Assembly (NCBI RefSeq): GCF_020745735.1
Contig: NW_026867508.1
Coordinates: 186,001-250,000, forward strand
Reading direction: 5' to 3'
From: Hemiscyllium ocellatum
Lineage: Eukaryota
DNA: 64,000 nt
The notes beneath the pieces are model-generated. The model was not told the origin of the DNA and searched no databases. It saw nothing but the letters and a program-made list of their open reading frames with translations. The translations under genes and the position numbers were made by a program. Shown here piece after piece: positions 36,191 through 47,081 of the stretch (position 1 is its first letter; every line of letters starts with the position of its first letter).

Positions 36191-38299
36191 TTTCTCACCA
36201 CAGAGTGAGTTGCATGTGCAACAGTCTATGTTACTGAATTTGCCTTTGATAAGGTTGTGTCATGGGACGTTAAGATATTGGAATAGTTAGTTAAGCACTT
36301 CGATGGAGTAGCAGTCAAGCCAATTCTTTTATTTTATTTTATTTTCTGTCTGTATTTTAACTACAGTGTAAAAATAAAACGTGTCTTGCCTAAAGACAAG
36401 AACTTTGACCAATCGAACTACATCTGGAACGCAATGCCTTCCATTTATCTTTAAAAAAGAAAAACTTAGGATCTATGCTTACTATATTTTGATGGGGTTT
36501 GGTTTGATTTGGTCCGTCACATTGTATTTGCGCAGTTCATTTGACGACTCATGTTTTTCCTTCTGTGTATACGTATGCATATCCTCTGTGTGCATGTGCG
36601 TTTGTGTGCGCGTGTGTATGTCTTTGAATATATGCACTTTCATCTCTGTGCAAAATGGGAGATACGTTTGGCTTGAGATTGAATGATTTTCAGTGTAAAA
36701 GCATCGCTCCTTGTTGCTGCTTTCTGATTCAAATGATACAATGCCACTTTCTGCTGGTGAATCGATGCTCTTGCAAATTCAGCAGATATTTGGGAAGGTA
36801 TCACTTTTTTGTGGCGTTTTCTTGAAAATATTTTCAAGGGATATTTTCCGATTTTCGAAATGTAGTAGAGCTAGAGGTCATTATCTGAACATATCAACTT
36901 TTGAAAGAACTTTCAATTTCAGACAGAGATGAGAGAAATATTTCTTGCAGAGGGTTGTCAGTGTTTGGAATTACCTTCTGCAAAAGGCAGAGCCCACTAT
37001 TTGGTGTAAAACTTTCGTTGATTCTCAAGGTCCGAACATTAAGTAAGGGATGGACATTGATAAAGAACCTTTCATGGCTGAGAATATCTCGAATTGTGTT
37101 TCAGGTAGTGGAGCATTTCTGAAGTGCAGCCGGTTTTGCTTAGAAAATTAGGAACCTGATTTCAGTATCAGAGATAAAGATACGAATGCCGAATTGCGGT
37201 GAGACCTCATATAACATTAGAAATTGAAATGTTTAGATTTCCAAATGCAGCTGGATAATTGGAATGCCTGTACCACCAAAAGACCTGCTGTTCCTGGAAT
37301 GTCCCAAATCTTAAAGAATTTATCAAAGTTCACATCATCTCCTGATTTACCTGTCCTTGAGGCTAAATTTAACATAAAGCATTGAGCAGGTTTCTGTGTT
37401 TAATGGGAATCAATATTTATTGGAAATTAATAGTTTCCATATACAGGTAAAAATTATGAGCTGACGATATACAACTCTATCATTTAAATCCCTAACTACC
37501 ATGAACAATTATCCCGTTATGCTTGGATATAGACATGCCAGGCATTGGTATTAGGGCTGGCAGAGAAATTATTTCTTGGCAGGACAGAACTTAAACCTTG
37601 TGAGAAGGAGGCAAAAGTTTAAGCTTATTAGCCTTGTACTCACGATGGCTCCAAAGACACGGATTTGAATGAAGAACAGAATGTTATTGGATGGACTATC
37701 TTTAGGGTGGAAACGTAGCAAGAACAGTTCCTTGCCAATCTTAATTTTCTTACTAAGAAAGTTAATATACTTATGTTGATCATTGTGTGATGGGACCAGA
37801 GTGAGAAAAGGGATGCATAAAGTTCTAAATACCTTGTTCATAGCTTTGCTTCCTTGTTGTGCCATGTGACTTGTTTTTTCATACTTGAGAGTGCTTTTGT
37901 TTATATAAGTTTCATTCATCAATGACTTAGGATATGGTTACCTTTATAAGAGTCACGATTTGGCTCTAATTCATTCTGTCCTGCTTTTAATTCACTGAAA
38001 TGCATCGGTTTTTATAAAGTTAGATTCTGCTTTGTGGTTACCTCTATCCACATACTGGATCAGGGATTCGAGCATGCAGATTCGACCGATGATGGAGCAG
38101 AAACGAGGAGTGAAATCAAGGAAGCAAGCTGAGTCAAACAACTGTGTTTTCATTTTTCATGATAGATAGTTTCGATTAATAACAAGGACAAAACAATCAA
38201 CACTCCAGTAAAATTGCTCACACTCTGATTTCTTCAAGGATTGCATTCCATTCTCCCAGTTTCTCAATTACTATCGTGCATATTCGGATGATTCCCCTT

Positions 38300-38800
38300 C
38301 CATTGGGGTGCCTCCGACATTGCCTCTTTGCATTACTTACCTCCCCACTGTGATTCGTATACCTTAAGCCCCTGACCCATTTTCCACAGATCTGATATCA
38401 CCAAGAAATACAGTTCTTCTTGTTTTCACTTACCAACTCACCAATTTCCACGTTTAAACTATTACTGTCCACCATTTCCAACGTTTGCAATATAAAACTG
38501 CCACCACCAACGTTACATAATAATTGTTACGTCCATGGCACTCTCATCCATGCCTATCTCACTCCTATGGTTTCTCATGCTCCAATTGCACATTCCAGGT
38601 GATTGAAGAAAGTATCATGTTTGCCTTTTCACCTCCTGTTTCCTTTTTGTTCACAGCCTCAAGCACACATCCCAGGTGAAGCAACGTTTTACTTGTACTT
38701 CTTTCAATCAATCTACTGTTTGCAACGTTGTCTGCTCAGAATGACGTCTCTTTTCCATTGTTGAGATTTCTTTTGGTTATACATTGTGTGAACGCCAGAA
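38300..38800 (+). mobile_element. Penelope-like element remnant (GIY-YIG region)
   Basis: QVKQRFTCTSFN-like stretch near 38670-38710. Confidence 0.6.
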
Positions 38801-39689
38801 ATTGGAAGTCTATTGCGAGACTTGACTAGGGCTTAAAAGCATCATCGAGCTTCTCCTTGCGTGGTTGCACGCTGTATGGCTGAGACCGTATTTGACAGCA
38901 TGAGGGAAACGGTCATGGTGGTTTACTGACTTTAAGACATGACTGGATTTACCTCACTGGAATACCCAAGCTTGCCAGAGTTGCACATTGAGGCCAATTG
39001 AATAGAATAAACTACAGACAAAAGAGGAAACAATTGCAAGAGTAAATCATGTATCATGACCAACAATAGAGGAGAAAATCATGTGATAACAAAAGAGCGG
39101 ACGGTGACTGCTTTGTCTGCGACCATCGGTCCAGTAAGTTGTGCTTGATTCAAGCCAATTTCCAGAAAATGGAAGAAAAGGACTGGTGTTTCAATGAATG
39201 GAGAGTGATAACTGTAGACCAACGTTCGTGATGGCCGGGTTCTTGGAGATATCAATCAAGTAGAAATCCTGACACCGAAATGATCTGATCAGCTGACCCA
39301 CTGCGGATTAAATCAGTCTTTTGGTGCTTGAGTGAGAGATTAGTTGGAGCGCAGTAGTGATTCTTCTTTCTACCATTAATGCTTAAGTTTAATATTGCAT
39401 AGTGTAATAAAGGTCGTTGAGTGCTTTTATATTCGTGCATTGTTCGTACATTGACTGATCTGAAATAAAGCTGCAATTTAGACTGAATTCAGCCCATGTG
39501 TATGGCTCGTTTATCTGGTCACGTTCACTTTCCATGGCAACACTACAAAGGTGCATCAGCCAGTTTATAGAACAGGATACCACTGCCCATCTTCTAAAAC
39601 AGGACTGTTCGGTTCGAAATCTGCAGTTCATCAAAGGTTGAAGAAGTCTAAGCTCTCCGGTTTCGATGTATTCAGTAACTGAGAGAAAG

Positions 39690-39790
39690 TGAGGACTGGA
39701 GATGCTGGAGATCAGAGTCGAAAAGTGTGGTGCTGGAAAAGCACAGCAGGTTAGGCAGCATTTGAGGAGCAGGAGAGTCAATGCTTCTGG
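39690..39790. mobile_element. Single arm of the Penelope-pLTR-derived repeat
   Basis: gctggaaaagcacagcaggttaggcagcatttgaggagcaggagag matches the arm of 8101-8284. Confidence 0.7.
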
Positions 39791-40069
39791 TGTCATGTAT
39801 GTATTCTGTATAGGAACTGGAAATGGTCTGTCATGAAAGTGTTTGAAAAACGAACTGAGATCAGAGTGATATCACAGAAGCGTTTTGGTACAAACAAAAG
39901 CCAATGGTTACAGCGGATCTCCAACGGCTCATTAAATGAACATCACTGCCTTGGGCCATACTCCTGCTTCCTTCCAGGAGCGTGCACATGACTTTATTGC
40001 AAATAATCATTCACTACTTTTTTCAATGTTTCAATTAAACCTACTTTCAGGATAATTCCATGATGTGGA

Positions 40070-40760
40070 GGCGCCGATGTTGGACTGAAGTGGATGAAGT
40101 TACAAAATCACTTGACATCACGTTCTAGTCCAACAGGTTTATTTGGAAGTAACAGCTGTCGGAACGATGCTCTTTCATCAGGTAGTTAGTGAGGAGGGAT
40201 TATAGGATACAGAATTTATAGCAAAAGATCATAGTGTCATACAATGATGCCTTATATAAGTCTATGAGTTCAATTTGAATTTGCAGAATTGTATTTGCAG
40301 CTGCATTCTTTTTCCTTCTAAAACACATAATCTGTCGGCAAACAATATTTTTCGTCATAGTTCATGTGACATTTCATACTTTCCTACGTAGGAAGCAAAA
40401 CCAGACTGGGAAACAAATAGACCCAAGACTCATACCTTTAATGCATTGTCTGAACTGAGATGTCATCTATTTTTATATAAAACCTGAAACTATCTCCAGA
40501 ATCTGATTTGAAAGCAATTCTGGGATTTACTTATTAATGCATCGAAACCTGCAACCCATACTAAAAGATGAAAGATTTAACAGCAATCTAGATTTGCTCA
40601 ATATATCGCATCAGTGTCTGACACTATGATCTTTTGCTATAAATTCTGTGTCCTATGATCTTACTCCTGTAGCTACCTGACGAAGGAGCAGCGCTCTGAA
40701 AGCTAGTACTTCCAAATAAACCTGTTGGACGATAACCTGATGCCATGTGATTTTTAACTA
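40070..40760. mobile_element. Non-autonomous element with inverted Penelope-pLTR arms
   Basis: 40095-40185 and 40670-40760 are reverse-complement arms around a core of about 480 bp. Confidence 0.7.
40674..40708 (+). ncRNA. Minimal hammerhead ribozyme motif, apparently intact
   Basis: TAC-CTGACGA-A-GGAGC-AGC-GCTCT-GAAA-GC-TA-GTA. It has the CUGANGA/GAAA core, a 5-bp stem II, a palindromic AGCU stem III and a 3-bp stem I (TAC/GTA). Confidence 0.65.
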
Positions 40761-41179
40761 AGATAATTCCAGGCAGTGCATTCGATATTCGAACTAATCG
40801 TGGTGTGAAAACGTGTAATCTCACGTCAAATGCGCTTCTCTGTTAACGACATTAAACCTATGTTGTTTCATGAGAGTTGAGTCTCTGTAACGTTGAGAAG
40901 CAGATTGAAACTTTGTTTTGAATTTTGAGCAGTTAATAAATTTATCAATTGGACCATAGATTTCAACTACCAAGAAATGAAGTTAAAATTGCATGAAAGA
41001 CTGGTTTGGTCTAAACTTGTTGAGTGCATCCAGTTCTGGAAATCACAGTGTACGGGGTTTGGATATTGAGATGACTGGATAGCTTATTTGTGATACAGGA
41101 TGATGCCAACATCATGGGTTCAATTCCTGTAATGGTTTTTCCATTGCCGGTGTGGGCAATTCCCCAATTACCTTCATTT

Positions 41180-43250
41180 TTGCATCCCGAGGGGTAATTT
41201 GTCCATGTCCATTGACATGTCCAAGAAGGTTACTTGGACTTTGGCAAATTCGCTTTTAGCTCGGTTTACTACCAAGCCTGCCTTCCAAAGTCGATCGAAC
41301 ATGTCCAATAAATGCTGTAAATGTTTCTTCCATAGTGACTAAAAATCACCAGGTCATCAATATGCACCACATATTTGGATAATCTGGCAATGACCTCATT
41401 ACTCAATCATTCAAATGTGGATGGACCGTTTTTCATACTAAATGGCATGACTTTGAACTGATATAGTCACTTGGCGTTACAAACGCTGAATTTGCCTTCG
41501 CACTCTCTGACACAGGTACTTGCTAGTAGCCTCTGAGCAAATCCAACTTATAAATGTAAGTTGCTTGTCACACTTTTTCGACACGGTCATCCAACCATGG
41601 AATTGGATATGCATCCGTCTTTGTAATGGCGTTAACTTTGCAAATGTCCACACATAACTATTGGGTACCATCTGGCTTTGGCAACATGACTATGAGTGAG
41701 GTCCAGTCACTGTAACTCACATCGATTATGCCATCTTGGAGCATGCGATCGATCTCCTTCTGAACCTGTGCCATTTTTAGAAGGTTATGTCTATAAGGAT
41801 GTTGCTTAATCAGAACAGCATCTCCGATATCTACATGATGCGCAATTAGGTTAGTACTTCCCATTCTATTTCCACGTATCTCCCCATTTGATAGTAATAA
41901 CTCTTTCAGGTCATTTCGAATTTCTTGTGGAAGGTAACTCAATAATTTATCCCAGGTTTCGACAGCTTCCTCATTGTCCAATTTGATTTGAGGAATGTCC
42001 AATTCAGAATCCTCTGAACTAGGTTCTTCCTTCTAAGCTGTAGTCATTAATACATTCTCCTGTTGCTTTCCGTCCCTATCAAAATACCTTCTGCCCATAT
42101 TCACATGATACATTCTATGAGATTTCTTCCTGTCTGGAGTCCTTATCAATTGTTCACCTCATTCAATTTCTTCTCAATTTGATGTGGTGCACTAAGCCTT
42201 GCTTTTAAAGGCTCACCTCTTACTGGATGTAACATCAATACCTTATCCCCAATTGCAAAATGGCGAATTTGTGACTCCTTATCCATTTCCTGTTTCATTG
42301 GAAGCTGCAATACTTTTAAATGCTGTTTTGCCAACACACTAGCTCTATTTAATCATTCCGTAAAATGTGACACATCGTCCAAATGAGTGGACTCTGAATT
42401 CTGACTTATTTATTTCTCCTTTTTCAGTTTTAACGGTTCTCTTACTTCATGCCCAAAGGTTAATTCAAAATGGATTGAATTTGGTCAATTCATTCAGTGC
42501 AGCTCTGATTGCAAAAATTACAAATGGAACTCCCTTATTTCAATCACCTGGACATTCCTGACCATAATCACTCAACGTGGTCTTTAGTTTTTGATACCAT
42601 TTCTGTAGCGCTCCATGCAATTCTGTATGGTACTCAGGAGATTTGAATACTTTCATTCCCAAGTTATCTATAGCCTCCTTGAATAGCCTGGATGTGATAG
42701 CTGATCTGACTGAATCTCTATTGACAGTCCGTATCTAGTAAAAAAAAAGAAGTAATTCTTCTACAACCCTTTTTGCTGTGATGTTGCATAATGGGATTGT
42801 CTCTGGAAATCAAGTCAACACATCTATTATTGTTAATAAATACTTATTCCCACTTTTTGTTTAAGGTAGGGCACCAACACAATCAAGCAAGACGCTTGTG
42901 AAAGGTTCCTCAAATGCGGGAATAAAATTAAAGTTTCTGGTTTTATTACTGTCTGTGGTTTTCCAATTAGCTGACATGTATGACACGTCCAGCAAAATTC
43001 AATTGCAGCAGTGTGCAGTCCAGGCCAGGAAAAATATATTTGTATTTTAACCTGTGTTTTCTTCACCAGAAATGAACTCCAAGTGGTAGCTCATGCGCCA
43101 ATCGCAGCACCTTCTTTCTATACACTACTGGCAAAACATCTCTGCCCATTCCTCATCTGCTTGAATGTGTGATGGTCTCCATTTCCTCATTAAGACATCA
43201 TTTGTTAAGTAATCAAACACATCCAGAAAAGTTTTAGCCACTGAAAGAGC
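41180..43250 (-). mobile_element. Gmr1-type Gypsy pol fragment (integrase upstream of RT)
   Basis: Read 5' to 3' on the minus strand: integrase zinc finger (FCWTCHTCQLIGKP), integrase core and C-terminus (42150-43070), then RT (VDIGDAVLIKQHPYR...SYSDWTSLIVMLPKPDG...IDDLV). Confidence 0.85.
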
Positions 43251-43369
43251 CATTACTATCCCAAGCTTTGTCTAAGCAACCAAACCAACAGCCAAAATAA
43301 CGATCCTAGCACCTACCACTCACTGTTTAAAATCCCACAAAGAGCCACTAATCAGTTGTGGACGAGGTC

Positions 43370-44245
43370 AGACTACTCAAAACACTCTTAAGCAAGAAGC
43401 CCCAGTCCATAACTTTACAATTAGATTCGGTCAGTGTACAGTGAAAATTACCCGGAGTAAGATAGCTCGGTTGACGACTAGATTTTAAAATAGACAAAAA
43501 TTTATTTACAAAATTATACAATGAAACACAAAAACAGAATAAAGAACCCCTGCAGAACTCAACCTATCCAGCTATGCTGTTGCAAATATACACAACAGTC
43601 CTCATAAGCAAATTCTCTTTAAAATTCAGTGTAAATGGAACACATGCTTACAGGTTGAAGTTGAAGGGTAGAGATAGAGAAAGAGAGAGGGAGAAAGAGA
43701 GTTTCTACACAGCTCCCTGTTGAACTTCTCACAATGTCAGACAGAAGTTAAACTGCTCAGCTCAGCTAAAGAGTTAACCACTCCCTTTCCTCACACAGGT
43801 CACTTCTAAAACATGATCACTTTGGCCTGAAGGCTCATCTGTTTACATATAAACAAAAAAACTTCTCAAAATCCTTTCCATCTCTGTACCAAACCAGACC
43901 GATCGGGGCCCAGCCTGATTTATTGTCTTTCTGAAAACAATCAAGGACAGAGTCGCCTTGAGTCAAGGAACATCTTTTAGAAAAAAAGGTTCTAGCTTTG
44001 TGGCAGTAGGATAACAATTTGTTATTCTTCACTGCTTGCCACTCTGGCCTGCTTCCTAAAAGAGAGTCACGGAGAAATACTGAGCAAAATGAGGTAGGAG
44101 GCTCGAATGCAAAATTGTTGAGCATAATGACTCCATTGTATGGATGCTGGTCATCAAGCAGCTATTTACTGTCGTCCCATTTTTTTGCCACTCAGCAAGT
44201 AACATTTGTAACCTACGCTGCAGTGCCTTGCATGATCATGTAAAT
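43370..44245 (-). mobile_element. Probable LTR of the Gypsy element
   Basis: Non-coding block adjacent to the pol fragment with an AATAAA-like signal on the minus strand and TG...CA-type ends. Boundaries are approximate. Confidence 0.5.
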
Positions 44246-44369
44246 ATCTGCTCAAGGTTGTAATCATTCCTGCATCTGTCACCATTTCAGCTGCTGCCCT
44301 ACCTGCTGAGTATCTCCAGTATTTTCGGTTTTTATTTCAGGTTTCCACCATTTTGCTTCTGAACTGAAA

Positions 44370-44733
44370 GGATGTTGTGAAACTTGCAGCGGTTCAGTCA
44401 AGATTAACAAGGATGTTACAAGGATTGCAGGGTTTGAATGAAAGGGAAAGGCTGAATAGTTTGGGGTTGTTTTCCCTGGACCGTCGGAGGCTGAGTGGTG
44501 ACTTTATAGAGGTTTATAAAATTGTGAGGTAAATAGACCAGTCTTTTCCCTGGGTCAGGGTGTACAGAACTAGAGGGCATTTGGTTAGGGTGAGAAGAGA
44601 AAGATTTAAAAGGGATCCAAGGGGTTTTTTTTCACATAAAGGATGATATGTGTATGGAATGAGTTAACAGAGGAAGTGGTGGAGGCTGGTACAAGTAAAA
44701 TATTTAACAGGCATCTGGATGGGTACATGAGTA
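44370..44733 (+). mobile_element. CR1-type LINE 3' fragment
   Basis: RRRLSGDFIEVYKI...RTRGH...VRRERFKRD remnants. Confidence 0.8.
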
Positions 44734-44752
44734 GGCCCCTCAATGACCACTC

Positions 44753-46010
44753 TGGTCATTGAGGGGCCCTATTCTCTCTCTAGTTATTGTTTTTTTCTTT
44801 AATATCCTTAAAATACCTCTTTGGATTCACCCTAATCTTCTCAGCCAAGCTTATCTCATAACCCCTTCTCGCCCTCCTGATTTCTTTCTTCAGTAAGCTC
44901 TTGTATTCCCTGTATACCTCAAGAGATTCCCTTGATCCCAGCTGCCTGTACCTGTGCCACGCCTCCTTTTCTTCCTGGTCCAAGCCGCAATATCACTTGT
45001 CATCCAGGGTTCCCTACTCCTGCCTACCCTTTACCTTCACACGAATATGTAGACCTTGAACTTCAGCAATCTCACTTTTAATGGCTTGCCAGAGGTCCCT
45101 CTGCCTGCAAATAAACTACTACAATCAAGCCCTGAGCGCTTCCATCTAATTCCATCAAAATTCACCTTTCCCCAATTTAGAACTTGAAACTGTGGATTGG
45201 TTTTGTCCTTCCGCATAACTATTTTCAAATTAATAGAACTATGGTCACTGGTCCCAGATTGCTCCCGAATTGTGACTTCCGTCACCTGTTCTACCCTATT
45301 CTCCAAGTGTAGGTAGGGTTATGCTCCTTCCCGAATGGACGGCTTGAGGAAACTTTGTTGAATGCACTTAACAAATTCCACCCCAACTAAGCCCTTAATA
45401 TTCTGGCAGTCCCAAACTATGTTAAGAAAGTTAAAACCCCTAATATGACAACTCTATTGCTCCTGCAAGTCTCCCCAGTCTCCCTGCATATTTGTTCCTT
45501 GAAATCCTGTTCAATATTTGGGGCCAATAGTACAACCCTAATAGCATCACCATTCCTTTCTTATCTCACAGCTCCACCGACAAAGCCTTCACTGGATGAT
45601 CCTTCAGTTATTTCATCTGATTACTTCTGTGATACTCAACTTAATCAAAAATGCAACTCCCCCTCCCCTCCTCCCACCACCTCTGTCCCGCCCAGCGCAC
45701 ATGTACCCTGGCACATTAAGCTGCCAATCTTGTCCTTCCCTTGGTCACGGTTCTGTAATGGCTATAATATCCCAGTCCCACGTACCTCTCCGCACCCTGA
45801 GTTCATTGGCCTTATCTGAGAGTCCTCTTGCATCGAAAGCAATTTAATCCAACAGGCATTACTTGCTCCCTATGAGTTCCAACATGATCTGTCTCTTCAA
45901 CTTACTATTTCTGTTAGTGTATCTCCTTCAAGCCTCGCACTTGCCTCCCTGTTGTAGACGATCCTGCCCCCCTGCCAATCTAGTTTAAACCCTTGCTCAA
46001 CTCATCTGCT
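44753..46010 (-). mobile_element. CR1-type LINE fragment (endonuclease and linker part of ORF2)
   Basis: ORFs 45037-45306 (SDHSSINLKIVM...LNWGKVNFDGIR) and 44780-44983 (KKEIRRARRGYE). Confidence 0.85.
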
Positions 46011-46289
46011 GCTGAAACTCGCATACATGCCTTTGTTACCTCCAGACGTAACTATACCAATGTGTTCCTGGGGCCACCCACATCACCACGTCTCTCTAAT
46101 CCTGAGGGTATACAAACCTCTTCTGCCAGTGTTCATGCACACTACCATCATCCGTGACCTCATTGGTTTACACCTTCTGAAACACTCAGATGCCGCTCTA
46201 ACACAAACAACTGCTTCAGCCCCATTACCCTCCCTCACTCTATAAGCTCCTGCAGCCTCTACACCCTTCCCTGTAAGCTCCCGTACCCA

Positions 46290-47081
46290 AACAAGTAACT
46301 GAAGAATGTTTGGGCTCTCTTCAAATGTGTACTTCGGGTTCCTGAAATCCAGTCCATCAAAGTCACTCTTAGCTTTCAGTCACACATAGATAAAATGTCC
46401 AACAACAGGGGACCACATGAGGAGAAAACTGAGAGAAATGGCAAACAGCAAGACAATGGACCTTTGGCAGTTCAACATCTCTGGATCTTGTCGATTTTCT
46501 GCACACCAGAGCCTCCTGCGAGCTCTGTTGGCCGCTATGATTTGTCTTATGGTAAGGATGTTTCGCAGCAGAATGACAAAGAATGGGAGAAAAGGTGTCA
46601 TGATACGAAACAGCCAATCATATACCTGCCAGACTGGCCAGGTATAGAAGCTGACTTTGATGTTGCAAAACCATGATACCCCATCCAAAATGAACAATGG
46701 CTGGAATACAAACTACAAAGGGATGGTCTTGACGCAACACAGAACACAGATAATTCCTATGACCAGTAATGCGGTTTTCTCATGGCTGAATCTGGTCTTC
46801 TGTCTCTGATGGCAGATGGCTGCAAAGCAATCGATGTTAAAGGCCACGGTCAGCTACACCGAGCAATCCAGAGTGCCATAGACCAATACGACACTGAGAG
46901 TGCACGCAGGATGGTGGAGAAGAGACTTTTCCGAAAATTAAAGCGGCTGATTCGATTGAGTATGACTGCAGTAGTAATGACAAGGAAATCACTCACTGCG
47001 ATCGCCACCAGGTAGCAGGTGATACACCTTGAGAGACCACACCGTCCTCGCAATAGAATTATGAACGCCAGCAAGTTGGCT
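46290..47081 (-). pseudogene. GPR139/142-like class A GPCR pseudogene (copy 2; main coding exon)
   Basis: After a tttcacag acceptor: ANLLAFIILLRGRCGLSRCITCYLVAIAVSDFLV...WFCNIKVSFYTWPVWQVYDWLFRIMTPFLPFFVILL...SIVLLFAISLSFLLMWSP, with frameshift and stops. Confidence 0.85.

Noticed and set aside
37569-37922. 117-aa minus-strand ORF
   Set aside because: AT-rich, with no recognisable domain or splice context.
39252-39690. ORFs with FSLNCSF and NHYCAP
   Set aside because: Spacing is incompatible with a V domain and no heptamer follows. The ORF start comes from a repeat arm.
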